Part shown: piece by piece, positions 29,622 through 39,518 of the stretch
Layout of the letters: every line of letters starts with the position of its first letter
How positions within the stretch are numbered: the first letter of the stretch is position 1
NCBI GenBank assembly: GCA_963662665.2
Contig: CAXXJS010000010.1
Coordinates: 224,001-288,000, forward strand
Direction: 5' to 3'
DNA length: 64,000 nt
Source of the DNA: Candidatus Latescibacterota bacterium
Lineage (GTDB): Bacteria; Latescibacterota; UBA2968; GCA-2709665
Position numbers and translations under genes: made by a program
The notes under the pieces: model-generated
What the model was told of the DNA's origin: nothing
What the model saw: only the letters and a program-made list of their open reading frames with translations
Database searches by the model: none

Positions 29622-30716
29622 TCAGTCCTGCATCAGCGGGAGTTTCACAGGCTGCCCGGTTTCGTAACACTGCAATGCCGCAAACGCGATTTCGTGCGTC
29701 ACAATCGCATCGTCCAGGTTGCAGTGCGATTCCGTGTCTGTCTGGATACATTGCACGAAATGGTCCATCTGGCCCTGGAACGGGTGGTGGGTCACGTCCG
29801 CGCTGTCCGGAAGGATGGCCGGAATCTCCACCCAGCTGTTCTGCCCCGGATACTTATGCGACCAGACCCGGTTGTCCTTGACGGTTCCCTTATTCCCGAA
29901 GATTTCGACCGGGAACGTGTACGGCATGATGCACCCGTAGTTCACGGAGACCTTTCCGACGGCCCCATTGGAAAACTTCACCAGGGCGACTTCAAGATCG
30001 TCGTACTCCAGGGGCAGGCCGACCACCCACTTGTTGGCAAGGTAGTCGAACTCTTTCTTGAGACCCTTCCGGTAACCACCCGAATAGGCGAAGACCTCCA
30101 CGGGTCGGGCCGCTTCGAACTCGCCCTGCGCGGCGAACCAGCGCAACGAGTCGATGGCGTGGCACCCGCCGGTGAGAAACGCGCTCACGCCGGTGCTCGT
30201 CTTCCTGGCCTCGTCCCAGCCCGTCCACCAGCTTGCGATATCGTGCTGGTAGTCAGTCTCCACGTAGAAGACGTCTCCGAGGGCGTCGTCGGCGACCATT
30301 GCCTTGATGGTCTCGAACAGCGGATTCCACCGCAGCACGAAGCTCACCACCGTCCGCACTCCTGCCTTGTGCACGGCCTCGCGCATGGCCCTGATTTCGT
30401 CCAGGCTGTTGGCGATGGGCTTCTCGATGACAATGTGTTTTCCCGCCTCCGCAGCGGCGATGGTATTCTCCGCGTGAAAACGCTGCGGGGTGCAGACGCA
30501 CACGATGTCCACCCCGTCGTGCGACAGAGCCTGCTCGTAGCTATCGTACAGCCCGATGTCCTCCAGGCCGGCCTCTTCGGCGCGGGTCCGCGCGCTTGAC
30601 AGTTTCCGGCTGGATACGGCCACCACATCGGTATTCGGATTGTTGGTGAAGGCCATGATGTGCTGCGTGGACACCCAGCCTGCCCCGTGAACGAGGACCC
30701 CCAGTTTTTCAGACAT
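29622..30716 (-). CDS. Gfo/Idh/MocA family oxidoreductase
   Basis: GAGWV...H, VCTP..FH, GKH.VIEKP, GGCHAID; ATG after AGGAGG. Confidence 0.92.
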   Translation of the reverse strand: MSEKLGVLVHGAGWVSTQHIMAFTNNPNTDVVAVSSRKLSSARTRAEEAGLEDIGLYDSYEQALSHDGVDIVCVCTPQRFHAENTIAAAEAGKHIVIEKPIANSLDEIRAMREAVHKAGVRTVVSFVLRWNPLFETIKAMVADDALGDVFYVETDYQHDIASWWTGWDEARKTSTGVSAFLTGGCHAIDSLRWFAAQGEFEAARPVEVFAYSGGYRKGLKKEFDYLANKWVVGLPLEYDDLEVALVKFSNGAVGKVSVNYGCIMPYTFPVEIFGNKGTVKDNRVWSHKYPGQNSWVEIPAILPDSADVTHHPFQGQMDHFVQCIQTDTESHCNLDDAIVTHEIAFAALQCYETGQPVKLPLMQD

Positions 30717-30795
30717 ATCATACCTCCTTGGAGTGTTTTCCGAGCGGCGGGCAGCCGCGCCTCTCACCGGATTCACCCGCGACCCGGTTTTACAA

Positions 30796-32217
30796 CTACA
30801 ACCGCGACTGATCGAATAGCGGAACGTGTGACAGGGCCGATTCGCCAACTTCCAGTGAGCCCCCGGTCACCGGTCTGTTTTTCCGAATATACGCCATGAG
30901 CAGGTTGTGATATTCCTCTGCGACGTCGGAATGGTCTCTCACCACGTTGGCCAGTTCATTGGGATCCGACGTCAGATCGTACAGCTCCTGCGGCGCCAGA
31001 GGTTGCCTGTTTCCCTCCGCCGGCGCAGGATTGTTCTTCACCCAGGGCGTCTGATAATTCCAGGTCCTGCTGCGAACGCTGGCGTAGTTTCCGAATGCGG
31101 TAATCACGTGTTCCCGCCCGTGTTCAATTTCTCCTGTGAGGAGATCCGCGCCCAGACATCGATCCGGGGCATCGATCCCCATCAATCCCAAAAGGGTGGG
31201 CATCAGGTCCTGGTGTTGTACGAATGCATCCACAACGTTTCCGCCAAAGGCGCCCACGTCCGGATGCCGGATGATCAGAGGCACCTGCGTACATTGCCAG
31301 CGCAGCCGGCTGGGGCCTTTGTGGAGTTGCCCCTGTTCTCCCATCATCGTGCCATGGTCGGAAAGGAAGACCACGATCGAGCCTTCCAGCAGCCCGAGGT
31401 CTTCCGCGGTTTCCATCAGCCGGCCGAACCACCGGTCGATCAACGCGCACAGGCCCCGGTAGTGCGCCCGCACCCGATGGACCTGGTTTTCGCTCATTCC
31501 GTCCGTGCTGGCAGGAGGAAAAATCCACTCCACGCCGTCGTGGTCGTCCCCCTCGTAATGCTGTTCCACCAGTTCAGGAGGGGCAAACCACGGTTCGTGC
31601 GGGAAAAAACACTCCAGCCAGAGCATGAAGGGCTGCTGGCGCGCATTTTCCCTGAGGAATTCGATGCCTTTCCGAAGCACCCGAACGCTGCACCAGTCGG
31701 TCTCGTCTTTCCAGTCCCGGCTGTTCATCAGAAACTGCGTCAGCACGGGCGAGCCCACCCCGGTGGGATCGAACCTGTCAACCGGAACGACGTCGCGGGG
31801 CCCGGCCACTACGTAATCCATTTCCTGTCCGCGTTCCCAGTTGAACTGAACGAACCCCCGGTGGAAGTTCTTGCCGGGTTTGAACTGGTGCGGCAGATCG
31901 CTGATCAGCCCGGTGACGTATCCGCGTTCGACCAGCCACTCCGCCAGGGTCATGTCCTCGTGGAACAGGGGATGCCAGCCGGCAAGCTGCACCCGGTCCC
32001 ACTTCTGAGGCGCCCACAGGAACGGAAAAATCGGCCGCCCGGTATAGAGCACCCGGCGGGCGGGCAGGGTGGGTATGCCTTCACCGAACGCCGAGTCGAA
32101 CCGTACGCCTTCGGCTGCCAGGCGGTCGATATTGGGTGTATCGACCGGCGAGTCGTCGCGGTAACAGCTCAGATGGTCCACTCGAAACGTGTCGCTGCAC
32201 AGCACGATCAGATTCAC
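30796..32217 (-). CDS. Sulfatase-like hydrolase with TxPxR motif
   Basis: SDTFR.DH, TLPARRVLYTG, PHEPW, SDHG, ELYDL..DP.E..N. Confidence 0.85.
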   Translation of the reverse strand: MNLIVLCSDTFRVDHLSCYRDDSPVDTPNIDRLAAEGVRFDSAFGEGIPTLPARRVLYTGRPIFPFLWAPQKWDRVQLAGWHPLFHEDMTLAEWLVERGYVTGLISDLPHQFKPGKNFHRGFVQFNWERGQEMDYVVAGPRDVVPVDRFDPTGVGSPVLTQFLMNSRDWKDETDWCSVRVLRKGIEFLRENARQQPFMLWLECFFPHEPWFAPPELVEQHYEGDDHDGVEWIFPPASTDGMSENQVHRVRAHYRGLCALIDRWFGRLMETAEDLGLLEGSIVVFLSDHGTMMGEQGQLHKGPSRLRWQCTQVPLIIRHPDVGAFGGNVVDAFVQHQDLMPTLLGLMGIDAPDRCLGADLLTGEIEHGREHVITAFGNYASVRSRTWNYQTPWVKNNPAPAEGNRQPLAPQELYDLTSDPNELANVVRDHSDVAEEYHNLLMAYIRKNRPVTGGSLEVGESALSHVPLFDQSRL

Positions 32218-32301
32218 CGGTACCTCGGGTCGATTCGCGAAGGAGAATAGAAAAGCCGTCCTGGGGACGACTCGCGGCGTGTCCCCGGCTTAACGAAGCT
32301 C

Positions 32302-32904
32302 TCAGTCGAGTACGTTTTTGCCGCCGTCGTCCAGGCTGTCGGGACGACGCCAGTACGTGAACTGGGGCGTCCAATCCTCTTCGTCGAGGCCCGCAAGGCC
32401 CAGCAACGTCCACATTGAGCAATAGATGTCTCCCGGACCGAAGACGCACGCGTTCTTGCGGAGGACCGAATCGCCGGCGCGGTGGTAGACCACCGCGCCG
32501 GGGTAGTTGTCGTCTCCATCCATGACAGACTGCTCGCGGATGTAGTCTCCGCCGCCGTGTGAGGCCAGTTGAAATCGCCACCCGCGGGCGTTTGCGAAGC
32601 GGCGCTGGGTTTCCGGAGGGTCCTTTGACAGGAGTACCACTGCCAGAGCGTTCTCCAGATGCGGGAGCAGTCCGTTGAAGCCGTCCGCCCAGAGCGTGCA
32701 ATAGCGGCAGCCCTGGCCCATATTGTGGATGGCCAGCAGCCTTTCGTTGTCGCCGAACAGGTCGAGCAGCGTGGTTTCACCCGCCATCGTTTCAAACGTG
32801 TAGTTGGGGACCGGCGCTGCCGGATTTTCCTTCTGAAGGGCGTGGAGTTCCACGATCATTTCACCGATGCGCCGTTCGAGATCCGCGATTCTATCGCTCG
32901 ACAT
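32302..32904 (-). CDS. DUF899-like thioredoxin-fold protein
   Basis: VPNYTF...G.TTL.DLFG, HNMGQGCRYCTLWADG, RGW. Confidence 0.8.
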   Translation of the reverse strand: MSSDRIADLERRIGEMIVELHALQKENPAAPVPNYTFETMAGETTLLDLFGDNERLLAIHNMGQGCRYCTLWADGFNGLLPHLENALAVVLLSKDPPETQRRFANARGWRFQLASHGGGDYIREQSVMDGDDNYPGAVVYHRAGDSVLRKNACVFGPGDIYCSMWTLLGLAGLDEEDWTPQFTYWRRPDSLDDGGKNVLD

Positions 32905-33373
32905 GTGGGTCCCTTCCCTGTTATCTGATGTTCGACCCTCGCATACGGGCGTGGTTTTCGCCGTCCCGGATGGCCGTCGGTCTCCGCAACCGGCAGAGCC
33001 ACAACGGGGGCCCATAACCTAATGCCAGAGCCAAAATGCCGCAAGCGGAATAGATATCCTCGCAGCAAACAAGCCGCTTCCGGATGTGAGGGTCAAAATG
33101 CACGACGAGACCCGGTGAATTCTGACTACGGCCGAATCCGTGGTTCCCTCACCCTCTCTCATTAGCGAGGGGGCCGGGGGGAGAGGTCGCCTGAAGGCGG
33201 GTAGACGGAAGACGGGAAAGGGTCGAGATTGTCAGCCCCGTACGGTTTCATATCTTGCCGGAGGCATAAAGGACGAGTCAATCGGGCAAGGATGTCCTCT
33301 CACGGCTAACGGCTCCCGTCTCACCGATTCACGCTGACAGCTTTTTCTGAGAGGTCCATTGAGCGGACCGCCA

Positions 33374-33402
33374 TTGACATCGGGAAACTTAACGGATATC
33401 TT
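33374..33402 (+). promoter_or_regulatory. Sigma70 promoter for manA
   Basis: TTGACA-N17-TATCTT. Confidence 0.6.
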
Positions 33403-33454
33403 GAACGGCGCGTGATTTTCCGGGCTATCCAAACCACCGAATACGGATCCAGCC

Positions 33455-34441
33455 ATGCTACCAGGCGTTCTTCCTCTTAAACCCTATTTCCGAGAGATGA
33501 TCTGGGGCGGCCGAGGCCTGCAGGAACAGTTCGACAAGGCCCTGCCGTCCGGCCGGCTCTACGGCGAGTCCTGGGAAATCTCCGCGTACCCGGGCATGGA
33601 GAGCATCGTTGCGACCGGTCCGCTTGCCGGACGGTCCCTTCGCGGCCTGGTTGAATCGCACGGCCGCGAGTTGCTTGGCGGGGCGGTTTTCGACCGCTAC
33701 GGCGGCGAATTTCCCCTGCTTGTCAAGCTGCTCGACGCGCACCGGGACCTATCCATCCAGGTCCACCCCGACGACGCATACGCCCGGACGAAACGTCTCG
33801 GGAATTTCGGAAAAATGGAAGCCTGGTTCGTGCTGTCGTCCGAAAACGGCCGGATCGCGTGCGGACTGAAACCCGGCGTTGACAGGTCCGAATTCGTGGA
33901 TGCCATCGACAACAACCGCGTCTCGGATGCCGTCGAGTTTCATGAGGCCCGCCCCGGCGACGTCGTCTTCATCCCACCGGGGACGGTCCACGCCCTCTGC
34001 GCCGGGGTTATGGTGTACGAGGTCCAGCAATCCAGCGACGTCACCTTCCGCATTTACGACTACAACCGCCCCGGCGCCGACGGGAAACCCAGAGAATTGC
34101 ATGTTGACGACGCCCTTGCGGTCATCGATTTCGAAGGCCCGCGCCGAAACCCGGTAGCCTCGTCCACGCTGCCCTCGGCAGGCTCCGGCCAGACCCTCCT
34201 GATCGAGTCCGAACACTTCAGACTTGAACGCTTCATCCCCTCCGGAAACGGGATCGATCACCCACCCGTTACCTCGGTGTCAGCGGTCACGTTTATTCAG
34301 GGAAGCGCCGAGATCCAGGGCGGCGACGACGCCTTCCGCGCGGGGAAAGGCGATACCCTTCTCATCCCCGCCGGTCGCGACTTTTACGTTATTCCTCAGG
34401 GCGAAACCCCGTCTGAATACCTTGTTTCGTCCGTGCCCTGA
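33455..34441 (+). CDS. manA: Type I phosphomannose isomerase
   Basis: IWGG, GESW, FPLLVKLLDA..DLSIQVHPDD, K.EAW, PGTVHAL, EVQQSSD.TFR.YDY.R. Confidence 0.92.
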   Translation: MLPGVLPLKPYFREMIWGGRGLQEQFDKALPSGRLYGESWEISAYPGMESIVATGPLAGRSLRGLVESHGRELLGGAVFDRYGGEFPLLVKLLDAHRDLSIQVHPDDAYARTKRLGNFGKMEAWFVLSSENGRIACGLKPGVDRSEFVDAIDNNRVSDAVEFHEARPGDVVFIPPGTVHALCAGVMVYEVQQSSDVTFRIYDYNRPGADGKPRELHVDDALAVIDFEGPRRNPVASSTLPSAGSGQTLLIESEHFRLERFIPSGNGIDHPPVTSVSAVTFIQGSAEIQGGDDAFRAGKGDTLLIPAGRDFYVIPQGETPSEYLVSSVP

Positions 34442-34464
34442 TCCATCGACATTCTTGACAATAC

Positions 34465-34502
34465 AGAGCCCCGGAGAAGCGGATCTCCGGGGCTCTTCGT
34501 TA
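34465..34502. terminator. Hairpin terminator between manA and the PIN toxin gene
   Basis: AGAGCCCCGGAGA...TCTCCGGGGCTCT. Confidence 0.7.
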
Positions 34503-34522
34503 TGCAGGTCTCGTGCGCCAGG

Positions 34523-34975
34523 TCAATCCGGATTGTCGTCTCTACCAGACCCCGTTTCTGCGGTCAGATGTACCAGGCGATCCAGTTCATCGGGCGCATA
34601 GACAGGAATCGCTGCACGTTTGAAATCGCCCGCGTTTCGGGTCACGATTCCGTCCCCATCGACGTTCAGCGCGGCCTGATGCAATACCGCATCCTCGAAG
34701 TCTGAGAATTTCGACGCCAGGGCGCCTTCTAAGACCACCCGGTTTACCGACGCGACTTCAAAGAGGTCCATCAATTTCCCTATCTCTTCCCGTGCCCGCC
34801 GATCGCCAACCGTCCTGCGGGCAAGAAAGTGGACGGTTGTCACCGTTGTCGCACATATGAATCCATTGAGGTCGCCCGCGTCCACCAGGGAAAAGAGCCG
34901 GGCGGCGGTCGTTGAAAACGGCTTGCGGTCCAGCAGAAGATCCAATACCACGTTGGTATCAAAGAGGATTTTCAC
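34523..34975 (-). CDS. PIN-domain (VapC-like) toxin
   Basis: LFDTNVVLD...DFEDA...IVTRN..DF. Confidence 0.9.
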   Translation of the reverse strand: MKILFDTNVVLDLLLDRKPFSTTAARLFSLVDAGDLNGFICATTVTTVHFLARRTVGDRRAREEIGKLMDLFEVASVNRVVLEGALASKFSDFEDAVLHQAALNVDGDGIVTRNAGDFKRAAIPVYAPDELDRLVHLTAETGSGRDDNPD

Positions 34976-35202
34976 AGGAATTTTTCCTCGAGATACCTCC
35001 CGTAGTCTTCCTCGTTAGCACCCCGCAACGCCCCTCGCAAAGCGCGAACCGCGGGCGTGGTGTCTGTATTGCGATTCTCGTTTCCCAGGAGCGCGAAATA
35101 GTCGGCCACAATCCGGGAGACGGACTTTCCGCTGGACCTCGCGAATGCTTTGGCGAGGCGGACGAGATCCTCGTCCAGCCTCAGGGTGAGTTTGGTTTGC
35201 AT
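34972..35202 (-). CDS. DUF6364-like ribbon-helix-helix antitoxin
   Basis: MQTKLTLRLD....AK.FA...GKSVS.IVADYF...YLEEK; GTGA overlap with the toxin gene. Confidence 0.88.
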   Translation of the reverse strand: MQTKLTLRLDEDLVRLAKAFARSSGKSVSRIVADYFALLGNENRNTDTTPAVRALRGALRGANEEDYGRYLEEKFL

Positions 35203-35220
35203 TATGTTCTCCTCACGAGG

Positions 35221-35270
35221 ATGACGTATTAATATTCAAGAAATATACGTCATGTTGACGGCCGTGTCAA
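35221..35270 (-). promoter_or_regulatory. TA operon promoter with overlapping operator palindrome
   Basis: Minus strand TTGACA-N17-TATATT; inverted repeat ATGACGTAT-N15-ATACGTCAT (35221-35253) covers the -10 box. Confidence 0.75.
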
Positions 35271-35351
35271 GATCCGCCTGACAAAAAAAATAGGGCGCCG
35301 GCAAAGCAGAGCCCTTTTTTACTCCGTAAATTCCCGCAAGAACTGGCGTCA

Positions 35352-35542
35352 GCCCCAATTAGAAAAAAAGCAACTCGGCAACGCGACGAAAACCCCTGAA
35401 GCGGGGCGTAACGGTCGTCAAAAAGGATATTCTTTCAGTTCACGTCCAGTGACCTGGTGTATCCCGGTAATCAGCCGTTAAATCTCCTTTATCCACTTGC
35501 ATATCTTCGGTTTTACTTCCCCGAAGAATTTCGAATCAAGGT
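35352..35542 (+). mobile_element. MITE family 1, copy C (191 bp, intron-free)
   Basis: GCCCCAATTAGAAA...CCGAAGAATTTCGAATCAAGGT, colinear with copy A. Confidence 0.9.
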
Positions 35543-35570
35543 TAGCCTCGCGAAAAGACGCCCGACCTTT

Positions 35571-36029
35571 CTACTCTTCTCCGTCATAGTACTCCGCATC
35601 GGTCATACGGCCCAGTTTGCCAGGGGGACGGATGGCCCACTTGTCCGAATCCGGATAGTAGCATGGATCGCACACGGGATTATCGGCGATGACGTAGTAG
35701 ATCAGGTCCTCGTCTTCGCTCGGGTTCCGGATGTGGTGCGCTGTGCCGGGCGGTTGGACGAACACGTCGCCGGTCTCCACCTCGAACGTGCGGTCGTTCC
35801 GCCTGACAACGCCCCTGCCGCTGACCACAATGTAGAACTCCCACTGAACCTGGTGCGCGTGATAGGGAAAGTTGGTCTTTCCGGCGGGAAGCCGCACCCA
35901 ATCCACCTCGAACGGCTGCCCATGGGTTCCCAACGCGCCTGAAATGTCCTTCCTCGACACGCAGAATTTCTCGCTGGGCGAACGATGTAACTTTTCCTCA
36001 ATTTCGGGTTCGTGGATTTTGTCAATCAT
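35571..36029 (-). CDS. Cupin domain protein
   Basis: PYHAH...EFYIV.SG.G and PPG.AH.I.N. Confidence 0.85.
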   Translation of the reverse strand: MIDKIHEPEIEEKLHRSPSEKFCVSRKDISGALGTHGQPFEVDWVRLPAGKTNFPYHAHQVQWEFYIVVSGRGVVRRNDRTFEVETGDVFVQPPGTAHHIRNPSEDEDLIYYVIADNPVCDPCYYPDSDKWAIRPPGKLGRMTDAEYYDGEE

Positions 36030-36114
36030 ATCGGGTTCCTCCGAATTTGCCGTGAAACGCGTTTATTACAGGTGCGCCTGCAATGTCACGCAGGAATAAG
36101 CCGCGTATGAACCA

Positions 36115-36780
36115 TCAGTCGCCCCGCATCCACTGGCCGGCCACCCTGGCCAGTTCCTCCAGAACCGGTTCGTCGGTATTTCTTCGTTTCAGCACTTTGA
36201 ATCCGTGATCCGCGGTATCCACCACGTGGAGCGTCGCATTGTTCAGCCCGCGGACGACGGGCTCGAGCAGCTTCAGGTCCGCCATTCTGTCCCGCTGTCC
36301 CGATAGGAACAACATCGGTACGGATACGTCCTGCAGATGCGCCGCGCGCTCTGAATTCGGTTTTCCGGCGTGCAGGGGAAATGCGAAAAACACGATGCCC
36401 TTCAAACCATCCATCAATTCCTGGGAACAGGCCATGGAAAACATGCGTCCGCTCATGGAATGTCCGCCCGCGAAGACAGGCAGGCCATTCGCGTGATTCA
36501 ACGCGGTTGCGACGGCGGCGCGCACGGTGGCCAGGCGCACCTTCTCGCCGTCCATACCGCCTCCTTTTTCGGAATAGGGAAAGTTGAAACGGAACGTGGC
36601 GATGCCCGCGTCGTTCAACGCATCGCTCAGGCCCTGCATGAACGCATGACGCATATTGGTGCCCGCCCCATGGCCGAGCACGAGCATTGCATCCGCCCAG
36701 CCCGGCCGTGCGATCAACGCCGACACCTCGCCTTTTTCCTCCGTCGCCAAAAACTCCAATTCCTCGGCTTCAACGGGCAT
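36115..36780 (-). CDS. Alpha/beta hydrolase (KANL3/Tex30-like)
   Basis: HGAG..M, RFNFPY, GGHSMSGR, G.RD, ADHGF. Confidence 0.88.
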   Translation of the reverse strand: MPVEAEELEFLATEEKGEVSALIARPGWADAMLVLGHGAGTNMRHAFMQGLSDALNDAGIATFRFNFPYSEKGGGMDGEKVRLATVRAAVATALNHANGLPVFAGGHSMSGRMFSMACSQELMDGLKGIVFFAFPLHAGKPNSERAAHLQDVSVPMLFLSGQRDRMADLKLLEPVVRGLNNATLHVVDTADHGFKVLKRRNTDEPVLEELARVAGQWMRGD

Positions 36781-36871
36781 TTCTCACCTATCGTGAAAGT
36801 CTGAGACTGCGGAAACTGCGCACGGGTCTTCGCGTCCACGGTACTGCGCCTGCCTCCTTTGGGTGTCCGCA

Positions 36872-36987
36872 TCGCATCGCCCGGCTCGCAAGGCGCCTGA
36901 GTGCAGGCGACCTGGGCAGGTCGGCCCAACGTAGCGAGACGGGATGAATCGGCGGCCGAATGGTGAGGTATTCTTGGGACAGGACAC
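36872..36987 (-). mobile_element. MITE family 2, copy 2 (one end missing)
   Basis: Minus strand GTGTCCTGTCCCAAGAATACCTCACCATTCGGCCGCCGATTCATCCCGTCTCGC matches copies 1 and 3; similarity stops near 36872. Confidence 0.75.
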
Positions 36988-37064
36988 CAGGGCATCCTGC
37001 CCTCGAAATCGATACAATCCCAGCCCTGTTTCTCTTCTCAAGCCCAATCAGTCTGTTCGAGAAA

Positions 37065-37529
37065 CTACGGTTCCCACGCGATCCGCGATTCGTCCGGCGT
37101 GCCGCACACCGGGCCGCCGTGGTCGTCGGTCAACTTCAGCCTCACGACGATCGGTTCGCCGGTCTCGTGCGCCTGTTCAATCTCCGGCCACATCAAGTGT
37201 ATGAGGCGGATCTTCAGCCGCCGGAACATGTTGAATCGATCGGACCGCTTTACCCCCCAGGAAAGATAGAAGAACCGGTCCCCTGGCCTGCCCTGGGCGT
37301 ACGGACCGAGAAAATTGGGGGAACCGTCGGGTTTCGACCCTATCCTGAATTCGGGATGGAACACCACCTGACACCGATCGGCCGGGACCTGTTCGATCAC
37401 CTCGGTTCCGCGCTGGATTCCCAGATATACGGGTTCCTTGACCCTGGGTTCGTGTTTGTAAGGGTCTTCGAAGCGGAGCCCCGGTAACTGCGAGCACACG
37501 ACTTTCAATTTCAATTGTTTTTCAGGCAT
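37065..37529 (-). CDS. DUF5990-like hypothetical protein
   Basis: LGIQRG.EV, F.GPYAQG.PGDRFFYLSWG, MFRRLK, LTD..GGP.CG. Confidence 0.75.
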   Translation of the reverse strand: MPEKQLKLKVVCSQLPGLRFEDPYKHEPRVKEPVYLGIQRGTEVIEQVPADRCQVVFHPEFRIGSKPDGSPNFLGPYAQGRPGDRFFYLSWGVKRSDRFNMFRRLKIRLIHLMWPEIEQAHETGEPIVVRLKLTDDHGGPVCGTPDESRIAWEP

Positions 37530-37538
37530 TAATCTCCT

Positions 37539-39278
37539 TCAACTCCTGCGCCGGGTTTCGGCCGGATTCCCTCTCTTCTGCATCCTCGCCCAGGTATCGC
37601 GCAGGGTAATCGTACGATTGAATACGAGCTTATCGGGCGTTGAATCCGGGTCCACGCAGAAATATCCCAATCGTTCGAACTGGTAACGGCTTCCGGGTTC
37701 GGCGCCCCTGACCGTGGACTCCACAAAACAGCTCCGCCGCACCTCCAGAGAGTTCGGATTCAGCGTTTCGCCGATGTCCCCGCCTTCGGCCGCCTCCATC
37801 GGATTCTCGGCGTTGAACAGCCGATCGTAGAGGCGCACCTCCGCTTCAACCGCGTGTGCGGCAGACACCCAGTGGATGGTACCCCGGACCTTTCGGCCGT
37901 CAGGCGTCGACCCGCCCCGGCTTTCCGGGTTGAACGTACACCGCAGTTCCACGATCTCTCCGTTTTCGTCCCTTATTACGTCCGTGCATGTGATATAACA
38001 CGCTGCGCGCAGCCGCACCTCCCGCCCCGGCGCCAGCCGGCGGAATTTCCGCGGCGGATCCTCCATGAAATCGTCCCGTTCGATGTAGACTACCCTCGAA
38101 AACGGCACGCTGCGCGTCCCGGCGGACGGATCTTCGGGATTCACCTGCGCCTGGAACACTTCCTCCTTGTCCTCCGGGTAGTTATCGATCACCACTTTCA
38201 ACGGATCGATCACCCCCATGACGCGGGGCGCATGCCGATTCAGATACGCCCGGATATGAAACTCCAGCAGGTCGATCTCCACGGTTGTATCTCGTTTGGA
38301 CATTCCCACGCGGCGGATGAAATCCCGAATCGCCTCGGGCGGCACGCCCCTTCGCCGTAGTCCCGATAGCGTGATCAGCCTGGGATCGTCCCATCCGGCG
38401 AGCAGTCCGTTTTCGATTAACGGACGCAGGTGCCGTTTTCCCACCACCGTATGCGTGACGAACAGCTTTGGGAACTCAATCTGCCGCGAAGGGAAAATCC
38501 CGAGTTCGCGGATATACCAGTCATAGAGCGGGCGGTGGTCTTCGAATTCCTGCGAACACAGGGAATGCGAGACCCCCTCGATCGCGTCCGACTGCCCGTG
38601 GGTAAAATCGTACATCGGATAGATGCACCACGCATCTCCACGGCGGTAGTGAGATGCCCGGAGGATGCGAAACATCACCGGATCGCGCATGTTCATGTTG
38701 GGCGACGCCATATCGATCTTCGCCCTGAGGGTCCGCGTGCCATCGGGAAATTCGCCGGCCCTCATCCGCGCAAACAGGTCCAGGTTCTCGTCGATGGACC
38801 GGTTTCGATACGGGCTTTCTGTTCCCGGCGAGGTCACCGTCCCGCGGTAGGTCCGGGTCGCAACCGTGCTCAAATCGCACACGTAGGCTTTGCCCTTCTT
38901 GATCAGGCTGACGGCGAATTCGTAGAGTTGTTCAAAATAGTCGGAGGCAAAATAGAGGCGGTCCTCCCAGTCAAACCCCAGCCATCGGATATCCCGCCGG
39001 ATACCGTTGACGTAGCTGGCCTCTTCCTTGGTGGGGTCGGTGTCATCGAAGCGGAGATTGCAGACGCCGCCGAATTCCTCGGCAACCCAGAAATTGAGAC
39101 AGATCGCCTTGGCGTGGCCGATGTGAAGATGCCCGTTCGGCTCGGGAGGAAAGCGCGTCATCACGCCCTCATACCGGCCGGCGGCGAGGTCCTCACGAAT
39201 CGCGTCGCGGATAAAATCGGAGAGGACTTTGTCTTCGCCGTCAGCCCGGCTCGCGTTACCTTCGTTCATGGGTAACAC
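37539..39278 (-). CDS. glnS: Glutamine--tRNA ligase
   Basis: [49 protein letters not shown]. Confidence 0.96.
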   Translation of the reverse strand: MLPMNEGNASRADGEDKVLSDFIRDAIREDLAAGRYEGVMTRFPPEPNGHLHIGHAKAICLNFWVAEEFGGVCNLRFDDTDPTKEEASYVNGIRRDIRWLGFDWEDRLYFASDYFEQLYEFAVSLIKKGKAYVCDLSTVATRTYRGTVTSPGTESPYRNRSIDENLDLFARMRAGEFPDGTRTLRAKIDMASPNMNMRDPVMFRILRASHYRRGDAWCIYPMYDFTHGQSDAIEGVSHSLCSQEFEDHRPLYDWYIRELGIFPSRQIEFPKLFVTHTVVGKRHLRPLIENGLLAGWDDPRLITLSGLRRRGVPPEAIRDFIRRVGMSKRDTTVEIDLLEFHIRAYLNRHAPRVMGVIDPLKVVIDNYPEDKEEVFQAQVNPEDPSAGTRSVPFSRVVYIERDDFMEDPPRKFRRLAPGREVRLRAACYITCTDVIRDENGEIVELRCTFNPESRGGSTPDGRKVRGTIHWVSAAHAVEAEVRLYDRLFNAENPMEAAEGGDIGETLNPNSLEVRRSCFVESTVRGAEPGSRYQFERLGYFCVDPDSTPDKLVFNRTITLRDTWARMQKRGNPAETRRRS

Positions 39279-39518
39279 CTCGAATGGGAAAGAGAATCAA
39301 AGTAAGTATAACGCCGCTTTACGGTGTTCAGCCGCAGCCGAAACATTTGGACGCAAGATAAAGAGCCGATGGGTCCGGGAAATGCGTCTGCCAAACGTAA
39401 GCCGGGACGGTCATCCCCGGGAAACGGGTGTGAAGGTGGGGTCTGCCTGCTTCGGTTGCGCACAGACTGCCACGTCGTTGGATCGTCAGGCCGAAAAGGG
39501 CCCTTCAACGCTCCCGCT

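Noticed and set aside
24372-32250. Long plus-strand ORFs (520, 432, 410 and 447 aa) and similar ones at 14473-15798 and 49926-51527
   Set aside because: Antisense shadows of GC-rich genes with clear motifs on the opposite strand
33145-33187. CCCTCACCCTCTCTC...GAGGGGGCCGGGGGAGAGG, resembling a common bacterial palindromic repeat
   Set aside because: Single degenerate copy in the window; not enough to call a family
34523-35202. PIN/DUF6364 pair considered as a new defence system
   Set aside because: Standard type II toxin-antitoxin layout with an ordinary autoregulatory operator
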